Origin: an archaeon
GTDB taxonomy: Archaea > Iainarchaeota > Iainarchaeia > Iainarchaeales > JAAZKV01
DNA length: 64,000 nt
Assembly (NCBI GenBank): GCA_041661245.1
Contig: JBAZUY010000002.1
Span: forward strand, 178,153-242,152
Direction of reading: 5' to 3'
Made by a program: the position numbers and the translations under genes
Notes under the pieces: model-generated
What the model saw: the letters and a program-made list of their open reading frames with translations, nothing else
Told to the model about the DNA's origin: nothing
The model's database searches: none
Part shown: positions 45,794 through 54,381 of the stretch, in pieces
Position numbering within the stretch: the first letter of the stretch is position 1
Layout of the letters: the number at the start of each line of letters is the position of its first letter

Positions 45794-46450
45794 TCACCAT
45801 GTACTTATTGCTACTCTTTTCCAAGAATTGGTTGCGACACAAATGTAAACGTAATTTGCATCCCAACAAATATCTCCTTGTGTTCCTGCTGCTGTTGCAC
45901 TTGCAGGAGTTTTTGCGGTTCTTATTCTTATTCCATCATCTAAAATATCTAGTTTTCTTGTTGGAGCATTTGTTCCAATTCCTACTCTATTATTCAAAGC
46001 ATCAGTATAAATCAAATACTGATCGCCCACACTTTTTACATTAAATGAATCAGCAGCAGCATTTCCAAGTCCACTATTAACCACTAAACCTTTTGAAATG
46101 GTGGATTGCGCTGTTCCCCCAGTTATTGTTAAATATTTATTTGTATAATCCCAAGTAAAGTTTGCATTTCCTGAGATTGCACTTGGACCTATTCCGTAAG
46201 CAATTTGATTGTTCGCAATTGTTGGAGCAACATTAAGGAAACCTTCAACTGGATAATTTACCCCTCTGCTTCTGAAAACTAATCCTGAAGCATTAGCTAC
46301 TCCTGACAAGCCAATTACTCCAACACCAATTGCCCCTGCAATTAGTGCTTTTTTCTTTAGTGATTCTCTAAAATCTAAATCGGGTGTATCAACTGGAGTT
46401 GAACCGAAGAATTGTTTCTTTTTCTTTTCGATGTATTCTTCAAGATCCAT
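45794..46450 (-). CDS. Tat-like (xR) signal peptide protein with a tail-fibre-like mature domain, operon head 3
   Basis: Signal FRESLKKKALIAGAIGVGVIGLSGVANA|SG. The mature part contains NRVGIGTNAPTRKLDI and the C-terminal GDICWDANYVYICVATNSWKRVAISTW. Confidence 0.6.
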   Translation of the reverse strand: MDLEEYIEKKKKQFFGSTPVDTPDLDFRESLKKKALIAGAIGVGVIGLSGVANASGLVFRSRGVNYPVEGFLNVAPTIANNQIAYGIGPSAISGNANFTWDYTNKYLTITGGTAQSTISKGLVVNSGLGNAAADSFNVKSVGDQYLIYTDALNNRVGIGTNAPTRKLDILDDGIRIRTAKTPASATAAGTQGDICWDANYVYICVATNSWKRVAISTW

Positions 46451-47288
46451 CGCTAATCACCGTATTACCATTTTCGTCAATATACATTTTTCCCAAATTA
46501 TTATCTAATGAAGTAATAGTTATTGAGGGATTAGATTTGTAAACATTAAGATCCATTGTTACTGGATTTGTTAATCCTGCTCCGCCCCCTCCGCAAGTTC
46601 CCCAACTTAATGCACCGCTAACTATTTTCAGACAATTACCATCTTGTCCGGTGTAATCTGGTAAACTTGATCCTCCTTGGCATGCTTGAACTTCTCCCTG
46701 CGCTACACACACTACATTATTTATTCCTTCAAAATTCCAAGTAACATTATCTTTTTTTCCCAACACTAATGCTTCTCCTCCAGAGATTAATTTTTGGGTT
46801 TGATTTAGCGGAGAGTAATAAAATAATATTTTGTCATACGCACAACCATTACTTGTTGGACATACTCCAATATCCGGAAAGAAAATTGCTTTTTGTTCTT
46901 TTGGATTAAATACAATTCCATTTCCACTAATTGTGAATTCATTTTCATCAACTTTGTAACCAATTAAACGCAAACCAAACTCAGTATTGTTTGTTAAAAC
47001 AAAAACAGCATCCCCGTTTTCATCAACCATCGCATCTGCTAACGCAATTGTTTGAGTACTCCAATATTGTTTATTTTGAATAGAAGTCAAGTTTGGACTT
47101 TTTGCTCCTCCCTCAAAAACTGTAACAAACAAAGTTATTGCAGCAATAGAAATTACAATTATTACAACTACAATTGTTAAGTATTCAGTTATCCCTTGCG
47201 CCCTCTCCGATACCCGCGCTCTATTCCCAACAAAACCCATGCGTAATATTAGTCTTAAGTAGTTAAAAAAGGTTTTCTTAATGAACAA
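46440..47288 (-). CDS. class III signal peptide (pilin-like) protein
   Basis: Contains RAQGITEYLTIVVVIIVISIAAITL. The likely start is the ATG at 47240 (MGFVGNRARVSERAQG...). It overlaps the next gene by 11 nt. Confidence 0.6.
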   Translation of the reverse strand: MFIKKTFFNYLRLILRMGFVGNRARVSERAQGITEYLTIVVVIIVISIAAITLFVTVFEGGAKSPNLTSIQNKQYWSTQTIALADAMVDENGDAVFVLTNNTEFGLRLIGYKVDENEFTISGNGIVFNPKEQKAIFFPDIGVCPTSNGCAYDKILFYYSPLNQTQKLISGGEALVLGKKDNVTWNFEGINNVVCVAQGEVQACQGGSSLPDYTGQDGNCLKIVSGALSWGTCGGGGAGLTNPVTMDLNVYKSNPSITITSLDNNLGKMYIDENGNTVISDGS

Positions 47289-47290
47289 AC

Positions 47291-47836
47291 TTGAAGTATG
47301 CTGGGGAAAAAAAATTCAAGGCAAGACTTAAATACTTCCTAAACACATCTCTTAGTATGACACCAAGAAAAAGAGTATCAATAGGGCAACACATTGGTTA
47401 CTTGCCAGGAATACACCCTGCACTCATGCCTGCGTCAAATGGATTAACTGCAGCACATAAAAGTCAAATACGAGAGGTGCTTAGAAGAACAAAAAATGCG
47501 CGTAAACCCTCAACAGCCATAATGGAAGAAACTACGGCTAGAGCTAGACCAACAATGAAACTTTCAGGAAAAGCACTCTTAGCAAGAGCAAGATTTGATA
47601 GAGCAATGAATGAAATAAAAAGGTTAATGGCAGAGTACGCTAAACTTACTGGAAAATCAGAAAGATCAATTTTTTATTCACACAATAAAGCAACGGATAT
47701 TTATGGAGAATTAAACAAGTTAAGTGTAAATAATACTTTCCACATTACAATTGGCTCAAACCACATTGCGGCAGCTAAACAAATACTGGAAGTAGCTAAA
47801 AAAAGATTACAAGAAGCAAAAGCTAAAGCTAATTAG
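47291..47836 (+). CDS. hypothetical basic protein
   Basis: 181-aa Lys/Arg-rich ORF with a TTG track start. A plausible ATG is at 47357 (MTPRKRV...). Confidence 0.4.
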   Translation: MKYAGEKKFKARLKYFLNTSLSMTPRKRVSIGQHIGYLPGIHPALMPASNGLTAAHKSQIREVLRRTKNARKPSTAIMEETTARARPTMKLSGKALLARARFDRAMNEIKRLMAEYAKLTGKSERSIFYSHNKATDIYGELNKLSVNNTFHITIGSNHIAAAKQILEVAKKRLQEAKAKAN

Positions 47837-48393
47837 TTCTTCTCGTACCATTTTAGTGCTTTCTTTAATGTACTTTCAATAAACTTTAGTTTGAATTTAA
47901 CATATTTTTTTCCTTCTTTTGAATGCAAGTGCGAAGCTTTCTTTTTAAGTTGCGCGTATTGTTCTCTAACTTTTTTATGCGCACGAAGGTATTCTCTAAA
48001 AGCTAATGCAATTTCTATTTCTCCAGAACCAAAATAAGTTAAATGTAAGTGAACTAATCTTGGAACTCCCTTAAAATCCACATAATATCTTCTGTGAAAG
48101 TGTCTCTTCTTTCGCATTGTATGATCATATAAGAATCCACTCTCGTGCAAAATTTTCTTTGCTTTAGAAAAATTCTTTTTATCTACTTCCACAATAATAT
48201 CCAATATTCCTTTTCCACCCAAAGTTGGAACGGAGGTGGAACCAATGTGGTGAACTTCTACATTTTGAAACGCATTTAAGCGTTTTAGAACAAATCTTTT
48301 TTGTTGCAAAAAGAGTTTTGGAAAAGAAGGACTATAAGACTTGAACTTATACCTGTTTGAAATTGCATTCTCTAAGGAAGTCATACTATTCAA
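47833..48393 (-). CDS. GrpB-family (UPF0157) nucleotidyltransferase-fold protein
   Basis: HHIGSTSVPTLGGKGILDIIVEV is the characteristic GrpB motif. Confidence 0.65.
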   Translation of the reverse strand: MNSMTSLENAISNRYKFKSYSPSFPKLFLQQKRFVLKRLNAFQNVEVHHIGSTSVPTLGGKGILDIIVEVDKKNFSKAKKILHESGFLYDHTMRKKRHFHRRYYVDFKGVPRLVHLHLTYFGSGEIEIALAFREYLRAHKKVREQYAQLKKKASHLHSKEGKKYVKFKLKFIESTLKKALKWYEKN

Positions 48394-48492
48394 AAGAGCA
48401 AATCAAAATATAAAGTATTTCTAAATCAAACAAAAACAAATTCCGCCCACTTGACAAATAAATTAATAAAGGGGGTCTAATACAAGTAGGGT

Positions 48493-48837
48493 ATGAGTAC
48501 ACCATTAAGAAGAACAGTTAGAAATGCAAAATTCGCTTTAGCACCTTCTGTAAAAAGACGAGTACAAGCACTTACACAGCCAACTACTAAAAGAACAAGA
48601 GTTCTTCCAGCAGTAAGAGTAATTGTAAGAGCAAAATTAATGGGAAGCGCAGCAAATAGAGAAGCGCGAATAAAAGAACTGGAAAAAGAATATGGCAGAA
48701 TAAATAAGAGACTTTCAGCTATTGAGGGCAAAAAAGGAACTGAAGAACTGCGAGGAAAACTAATTACTCAATCAATGAGACTCCACTCTAGGTTATTAGA
48801 AATAAGAAATCCTAAAGCAGCAAAAAGAAAAGCTTAA
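48493..48837 (+). CDS. hypothetical small basic protein
   Basis: 114-aa Arg/Lys-rich helical ORF. No family recognised. Confidence 0.4.
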   Translation: MSTPLRRTVRNAKFALAPSVKRRVQALTQPTTKRTRVLPAVRVIVRAKLMGSAANREARIKELEKEYGRINKRLSAIEGKKGTEELRGKLITQSMRLHSRLLEIRNPKAAKRKA

Positions 48838-48867
48838 ACATAACTAATTCTTTTGTTTTTGAATTAA

Positions 48868-49194
48868 TTACCTGAGAAGTTTATCTATTTTTGAAGCAAA
48901 AATAAAATCATTTCTTGATAATCCTTCCAATTGGTTTGTTTGTAAGTACACTTCTACTTTTTCATTTTGAAGAAGAATTTTTGGATTTTGATTTTCTTGA
49001 CTAGCAATCATTGCTATTTTATTTGCAAAAGCTAAACCTGAAACTAACGAAGGAAAAGCATACTCTTTAAGTAAAAAATCATCCTCAATTCTCCAACCCC
49101 AAACTTGTTTTAATAACTCATCAATTTCATCCTCGTTGAGCAAAAACATTCTCCCCTCATCCATCTCGCACTTTATTTCTGATAAATCAACCAT
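48868..49194 (-). CDS. pterin-4a-carbinolamine dehydratase (PCD/DCoH)-like protein
   Basis: Length and pattern fit: W.......L.KEY.F........F.NKIA.IA...NQNP.......KVEVYLQT....GLS..D...A.KID. Confidence 0.5.
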   Translation of the reverse strand: MVDLSEIKCEMDEGRMFLLNEDEIDELLKQVWGWRIEDDFLLKEYAFPSLVSGLAFANKIAMIASQENQNPKILLQNEKVEVYLQTNQLEGLSRNDFIFASKIDKLLR

Positions 49195-49279
49195 AACGAA
49201 AAATTACAACAGAAAAGTAGTAAAAGGTTAGCTCCAAACAAAAAGTAATAAATACTCCCGAAAGAGTAACTATTTACAC

Positions 49280-49963
49280 ATGGAATACTTTGACGAAGTG
49301 TCTGAGAAAGACATTGAACAAACTGCAAGAGCAATAACTGCCTCAAAAGGAAGAGCAGTTTTAATTGTTCACCCTTTTGACCCATCAAACAGAGAAATGC
49401 ATCCGAATACGGCTTATGAACAAAAAACCAGGGAATATGAAACTGCCCTAGTTAATGCTATGAAAGCTACTAAGCTCCCAATCTTACTTTTTGAAGAGTA
49501 TCCAGTTATTGAAAAAACAAGGAAAAGACTTGCAAAAGCAGGAGTTAAAGCGTTAATTCTTCCAACCAAAAAAGGATTTTGCATGCTTAATGAAAGAAAT
49601 GACAATTCTTTTTCCCGAGAACCAATAATTAGATTACTTGCTTCATTTGGATTAAGACATGCATTTATCGGCGGATCGTATACCGAAAGCAACTATGCTC
49701 AGGAGGTTTGGGAACACGAAGCAAAACTAGGAGCAAAAAGAACTGTCCCCTCAATAAAAACTGTTTCCAAAGGATGCGCAGGAGGACTTTATTGGGATTT
49801 AATTAGATCAGGACAATTTGAAGCAATCAGATTAATGCCAAATCTTTTGTTTGGAGACAAACCAAAACGAATCAAAACAAAAACAAATGTAATTGACAGA
49901 AGAAGAACTGTGATTACAAGAAAATTTCAAAGACAAATTAACGCACACTTATTTAAAAGATAA
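49280..49963 (+). CDS. hypothetical protein
   Basis: 227-aa ORF with a basic C-terminal tail. No motif recognised. Confidence 0.45.
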   Translation: MEYFDEVSEKDIEQTARAITASKGRAVLIVHPFDPSNREMHPNTAYEQKTREYETALVNAMKATKLPILLFEEYPVIEKTRKRLAKAGVKALILPTKKGFCMLNERNDNSFSREPIIRLLASFGLRHAFIGGSYTESNYAQEVWEHEAKLGAKRTVPSIKTVSKGCAGGLYWDLIRSGQFEAIRLMPNLLFGDKPKRIKTKTNVIDRRRTVITRKFQRQINAHLFKR

Positions 49964-49978
49964 ATCTTGTTAAGAAAG

Positions 49979-50248
49979 TTAATTTCCTTTTTTCTTTTTT
50001 GAAGGAAACATTCGATGCATTTCTTCTCTCGCACCTTTTGCAACTAACAAAGAAGCAAATTCGGAAGTGGATAATTTTGTACCGCTTCTAAGTCTGGCCA
50101 ACTCTAACAACCTAACTGCGGGCGTACTAGTGCTTAAACGCATTTTTATTCGAGAAGGATTTTTTCTTTTTTTAGGAAGAACCATGTGCAAACACAGGAA
50201 ATTGGAATTAATAAATTTACTTTTTTCACGGGGGATACACAAAAGCAT
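49979..50248 (-). CDS. hypothetical small basic protein
   Basis: The likely start is the ATG at 50185 (MVLPKKRKNPSR...). Confidence 0.35.
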   Translation of the reverse strand: MLLCIPREKSKFINSNFLCLHMVLPKKRKNPSRIKMRLSTSTPAVRLLELARLRSGTKLSTSEFASLLVAKGAREEMHRMFPSKKKKGN

Positions 50249-50296
50249 AAAAATATTCCAAGAGCCTCCAAAATGTTAAGTTTATAATCTAGAAAG

Positions 50297-50620
50297 TTGT
50301 TCTTTTCTGATATGGCTAAAGCAAAAGAAACTCAAACAGAGAATGCACTCATAACGATGCTAATGAATAATCTTAAGGATAATTTCATCGGCAAAATGAG
50401 CGCGATGATTAAAGAAAAAATAAAAAAAGCAGAAAAAATGACCATTGAACTTGCGTTAAGCATGATTTTTTTTCTAATGGCAATTTTGTTCATTTTAGGA
50501 GCACTAATGTTTTTCTTAAGAGAATATTTCTTGTTGACTTATTCATTAAGTTTTTTCGCAACAGGAGTAGTTGCAATAATAGTTTCGTACGTATTGTACA
50601 AATTCGCAACTAAAGAATAA
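50297..50620 (+). CDS. small two-TM membrane protein
   Basis: 107 aa with two hydrophobic helices in the C-terminal half. Confidence 0.45.
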   Translation: MFFSDMAKAKETQTENALITMLMNNLKDNFIGKMSAMIKEKIKKAEKMTIELALSMIFFLMAILFILGALMFFLREYFLLTYSLSFFATGVVAIIVSYVLYKFATKE

Positions 50621-50647
50621 TTTTTATAAAATCCCGGGGGATATATT

Positions 50648-50890
50648 ATGGCAAAAGGAAATATAATAAAAAACACAGAAAAAAAAGCTGCTAAAGCAAT
50701 AGCTGCTTCAAAGAAAAAAGCTAAAGCTGCATTAGCTGCTGCTAAAGCTAAATTCAATAAAACACACGCTGCAATCGATAAAAAAATCGAAACCCACCCA
50801 GACAAGGCAGTACTTGTTGCTGGAGCACTTGGAGCAGCAATAGGCGGAATAGCAGTATATAGTCTACTAAAAGGAAAGAAGAAACAATAA
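50648..50890 (+). CDS. ElaB/YqjD (DUF883)-like tail-anchored protein
   Basis: Lys/Ala-rich helix followed by the C-terminal anchor HPDKAVLVAGALGAAIGGIAVYSLLKGKKKQ. Confidence 0.45.
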   Translation: MAKGNIIKNTEKKAAKAIAASKKKAKAALAAAKAKFNKTHAAIDKKIETHPDKAVLVAGALGAAIGGIAVYSLLKGKKKQ

Positions 50891-50899
50891 ATATTTTTT

Positions 50900-50933
50900 G
50901 GCCGGCCAATTGGTCGGCTAATCTATTTTTTTT
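50900..50933 (+). terminator. hairpin plus T-tract terminator candidate
   Basis: GCCGGCC-AATT-GGTCGGC stem-loop (one G.U pair), followed 7 nt later by a T8 run. It lies directly after the 50648-50890 gene. Confidence 0.5.
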
Positions 50934-51340
50934 AAAACAATTTTTTTAACTGAACAGAAGGATAACAATAACTCTATTTATTGGACACTTTTTAAAATTC
51001 AAAAAAAATAAGAATTAAAGATTTTCAACCCAAGTTTATCGAGTTTTAGAATATTTTTCTTCTCTTTTGTTTTGTAAAACACGATTCAACCTAGTTGGAG
51101 AACCTTGTCTTTTTGAAACATTTCTTTTCCCTTCAGGCATAGTACAATTACGAAGAACTTTGAAGTTAATAAAGACTCTGTTGAAAATAATTAACCTAAA
51201 AAGAAAAGGCATTTTCTAATAAATTACCCCCTCTTCGTAGTCACAAGCTAAGCTGAACCAAACTTGCCCAAGAAACCCAAAACACCCAAAAGTGCTTTTT
51301 CCAAAAGAATAAACAACTCCGCTAATTAAAATCAAAGTTA

Positions 51341-52333
51341 TTATTGTTCCACATATATATTATTTCCCAGAATTTTATTTAACTCATTAAACTGATTTAC
51401 ATCTTTTATGAAAAACTCCATGTATCCTTTGCTTGTAAATTCATTCTCAATAATAGTATATACGCGCGGTTCGTAACCTGCAAACCAATTAACTCGCGCA
51501 ATTGATTTTGGTAAAAGCAATTTACCTTTCTTATTAAAATAAATTGAGCTTATGGAATTTGACAAAGGAGAGTTTTTTGACAAAACATCATTCTCAATCA
51601 AATAATTCTCCAACTCCTTAGTAGGCGTAAGGAAATAGTTATAAGTTTCAACTTCGGGCTCCGCTTTTCCTAAAAATGAATCAAGCATGAAAAAAGGAAG
51701 CACTAAAAGATACTCTGGCTCACTAACGATACTAGAAGTTCCTTTGCTTAATAACTTAGCCCCAAAATTTTTTTCCAAATAATCCCCAAAAGTGGTTTTT
51801 TCATAAAAAGTAAAAAAAGGAAAAGAGCTTTTTAGTTTTGGTAAAATATTCCCTTTGTAGGGTTGAACAAGAATGTGTACTTCTGAAGAGTTGGACAAAA
51901 TGTACCCTAATATTTCTTTTGAATGCGGCCAAATCTCTTCCATTCTCACAGGGTAAGTAAGCCCATAATTAAGAGAATCACTAACCGTAAGTGCTTTGTA
52001 ATACCAAGAAGAAACCTTTGAATCCAAATTGTAATCCTCTGGATGCACTAAAAATGGAGCTTTCCCATCACGAGGCACTGATACAAAAAAATCTGATTTT
52101 TTTTCGGAGTTACTCTTAAAATAAAAAACCCAATCATCAACCTGGAGAAGCGTTTTCTCAGGGACCAATGCATAAACCTCTTCAGATTCAAAGGCAAACG
52201 CACATTCAAGCGCTTTTTTTTCAGCAACTTCCTTAGAACTTATTTCCTCTTGAGCTGACACAAAAAACCCCCCTAATAAAACCACAATTAAAAGCAAGGA
52301 CAATCTACTAAATAAAACAATTGTTTTCATCAA
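51341..52333 (-). CDS. secreted hypothetical protein
   Basis: N-terminal signal peptide MMKTIVLFSRLSLLLIVVLLGGFFVSAQ. No family recognised. Confidence 0.5.
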   Translation of the reverse strand: MMKTIVLFSRLSLLLIVVLLGGFFVSAQEEISSKEVAEKKALECAFAFESEEVYALVPEKTLLQVDDWVFYFKSNSEKKSDFFVSVPRDGKAPFLVHPEDYNLDSKVSSWYYKALTVSDSLNYGLTYPVRMEEIWPHSKEILGYILSNSSEVHILVQPYKGNILPKLKSSFPFFTFYEKTTFGDYLEKNFGAKLLSKGTSSIVSEPEYLLVLPFFMLDSFLGKAEPEVETYNYFLTPTKELENYLIENDVLSKNSPLSNSISSIYFNKKGKLLLPKSIARVNWFAGYEPRVYTIIENEFTSKGYMEFFIKDVNQFNELNKILGNNIYVEQ

Positions 52334-52448
52334 ATTACAACCAACAGCAATGGTAGTTTATTGTATATAAGTATTTTGGATTAACTCTCTAACTTATTTT
52401 AATGTAATTAAGAGATTTGAAAAATAAAGTTTGGTACATAATAATCTT

Positions 52449-52655
52449 TCAGCGGAGCAAACAATTTTCTTTGTATTTTTGAACTATTTCTTTTACAAAA
52501 GCAGGAGTGGTTTTTAGATCATAACCTGAGATTATACGAATAGCAATTTCATCAACTGACAAAATGCCCTTAAAGAGAGCACTCTTTAGTTCTGTGTTTT
52601 GTGCAAGTGCTTTGAAAATAAAACTTTCCAAATCCTTTGGTTGATGTTTAACCAT
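52449..52655 (-). CDS. small conserved hypothetical protein (paralog of 54382-54594)
   Basis: Starts MVKHQPKDLESFIFKALAQNTELKSALFKG. A second copy lies 1.9 kb away. Confidence 0.5.
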   Translation of the reverse strand: MVKHQPKDLESFIFKALAQNTELKSALFKGILSVDEIAIRIISGYDLKTTPAFVKEIVQKYKENCLLR

Positions 52656-52746
52656 ACAAAAAAAGAATAAAGTTTTTCTTTTGGAAGTTAAGTTTGCACA
52701 ATAGATTTAATTACTTTGAAGTAATTATTCATGAGAAGGATAGAAC

Positions 52747-53136
52747 ATGGAAATTGAAACAAAGAACTTTAGCATCAGATCGTTAAAAATCAAGGATGCC
52801 CAAACCTTGTTGCAAAAACTTAATTTATCCCATAAGGATAGCATTCAAAAAATTATTAGGGCAACTCCCCCCTATTCACTTGATACAGCTAAAAAATATA
52901 TTGAGTTTCAAATTGAGAAATCAAAGGAAGAGCCGGAAAATTGTATAGTAGTAGGAATCTTTCACAAGAATGAAGATCTGGTTGGACTCATCGAGTTAAA
53001 GCACATTAGTTATTCCAAGGGCAGTGCAGAACTTAATTATTGGAATGAAGAGAAATATTTAGAACAAATATATCAAGCAATAAATGATTTCAAGAACTAT
53101 TGTTCAAAAAAATTAGGCATCCATAACTTTAATTAA
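52747..53136 (+). CDS. short GNAT-like acetyltransferase-fold protein (tentative)
   Basis: FSIRSLKIKDAQTL...VGLIELKHISYSKGSAELNYW resembles the RimJ/RimL N-terminal half. The protein appears truncated relative to full GNATs. Confidence 0.3.
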   Translation: MEIETKNFSIRSLKIKDAQTLLQKLNLSHKDSIQKIIRATPPYSLDTAKKYIEFQIEKSKEEPENCIVVGIFHKNEDLVGLIELKHISYSKGSAELNYWNEEKYLEQIYQAINDFKNYCSKKLGIHNFN

Positions 53137-53156
53137 TTTTGACAAGGTTGAATTAA

Positions 53157-53801
53157 ATGAAAATTAAAAAATCCGGAATTGCTTTAGATATTGATGAAAC
53201 ATTATCCAATACTGCCTTGCATTGGTTTAGTTCAATGATTAAACTATTTGGAACCCCTGAGAAACTTACGGCAAAAGAAATGATAATTAAATACAAATAT
53301 ACAAAACATGTCCCTTATTGGCAAACTAAAGAAGCGCAAGAGTGGTTGAACTCACAAAGAATGAGCAATAACATGCAAAGAGAGATTCCCTTAATTAAAA
53401 ATTCTAACCACTCGGTTGAAAAAATAAATAAAATTATTCCAATAGTTGCATACCTTACAGTGCGCCCAAACTCCGTTGAAAAGGGAACAAAAGACTGGCT
53501 ACTTAAACATAACTTCCCTGTTGCAAAAATAATATGCAGACCGGATAATATTGCTTTTTCTGACGGAAATAAATGGAAAGCAAAAATGCTTACGGAACTT
53601 TACCCAAAAGTACTCGGAATTATTGATGACAACCCAGAGCTATTAACATTTTTACCCACGGATTACAAAGGAACTATTTTTGTTTATGGATCAGAACACA
53701 TTGAAACTAAACTTAATGCAATTCCTTGCAAGGATTGGAAAACTACATTAGAAGAAGTGCAAAGAGTTTTTCATTTAGAAAAGAAGGAATTTAAACAATA
53801 A
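53157..53801 (+). CDS. HAD-superfamily hydrolase-like protein (nucleotidase-like)
   Basis: Motif I-like ALDIDETLSNT and motif IV-like GIIDDNPE. Confidence 0.45.
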   Translation: MKIKKSGIALDIDETLSNTALHWFSSMIKLFGTPEKLTAKEMIIKYKYTKHVPYWQTKEAQEWLNSQRMSNNMQREIPLIKNSNHSVEKINKIIPIVAYLTVRPNSVEKGTKDWLLKHNFPVAKIICRPDNIAFSDGNKWKAKMLTELYPKVLGIIDDNPELLTFLPTDYKGTIFVYGSEHIETKLNAIPCKDWKTTLEEVQRVFHLEKKEFKQ

Positions 53802-53847
53802 GTTTAATATACTGCAAAAGCATGAATAACTGCAAAACGGGATTAGC

Positions 53848-54165
53848 ATGGAAGGAAAAGTAACAATTCTTGGAGTAAAATACTTACAAAGTGGACTTAC
53901 TCAATCCGGAGAGAATGGAGTAAAAGTTTTTGAAAAAATTTCAATAACATGCAATTTAGCTTGGGCTCCAATAGAAGCACTAAAAGGAATTGGAACAAAT
54001 AAAATAACAAGTGCATTTAACGAAATCAAAAAATGTAATCCCGATGACACTGATATAATTGTGAACATTCAGCAAAGATATTCTTTAGCAGAAATAAAAA
54101 AAATTCTTAAACTAAAACAAACAAAAGAAGAAAACTTACCCAATTTCCATTTCAATCCCACTTAA
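53848..54165 (+). CDS. hypothetical protein (possibly continues in another frame to 54379)
   Basis: 105-aa ORF. A protein-like open frame at 54116-54379 overlaps its 3' end. Confidence 0.4.
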   Translation: MEGKVTILGVKYLQSGLTQSGENGVKVFEKISITCNLAWAPIEALKGIGTNKITSAFNEIKKCNPDDTDIIVNIQQRYSLAEIKKILKLKQTKEENLPNFHFNPT

Positions 54166-54381
54166 AGATTTTGAAGTATTCCTTAAATACGGCACCCAGT
54201 GTGAGCGAAAAGTGGAAGCAAAAACTTTCGAAGAAGCGATTAAAAAAATTGGTGAAAAAGAAATTAATAAACTTTTAAAATTAAGTAAAAAACTAAAAGA
54301 ACACTCTACACCAAATACTTTGGATTTAATGTACACAATAAAATACCGTGAAAAACAAGTGCTAAAAATATTAGGCTAACT

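Noticed and set aside
24622-47288. An intact integrated virus or prophage, suggested by the tail-fibre-like, tailspike-like and DinD/BRO-like genes.
   Set aside because: No capsid, portal, terminase, integrase or replication genes are visible, and there are no obvious att repeats. The fibre-like proteins carry cleavable cellular signal peptides, and tatAC is embedded. I therefore treat it as a cellular, possibly virus-derived, system. Only an HMM search can settle this.
54136-54336. The 66-aa minus-strand ORF.
   Set aside because: The opposite (plus) strand frame over the same DNA gives a far more protein-like sequence. See the finding at 54116-54379.
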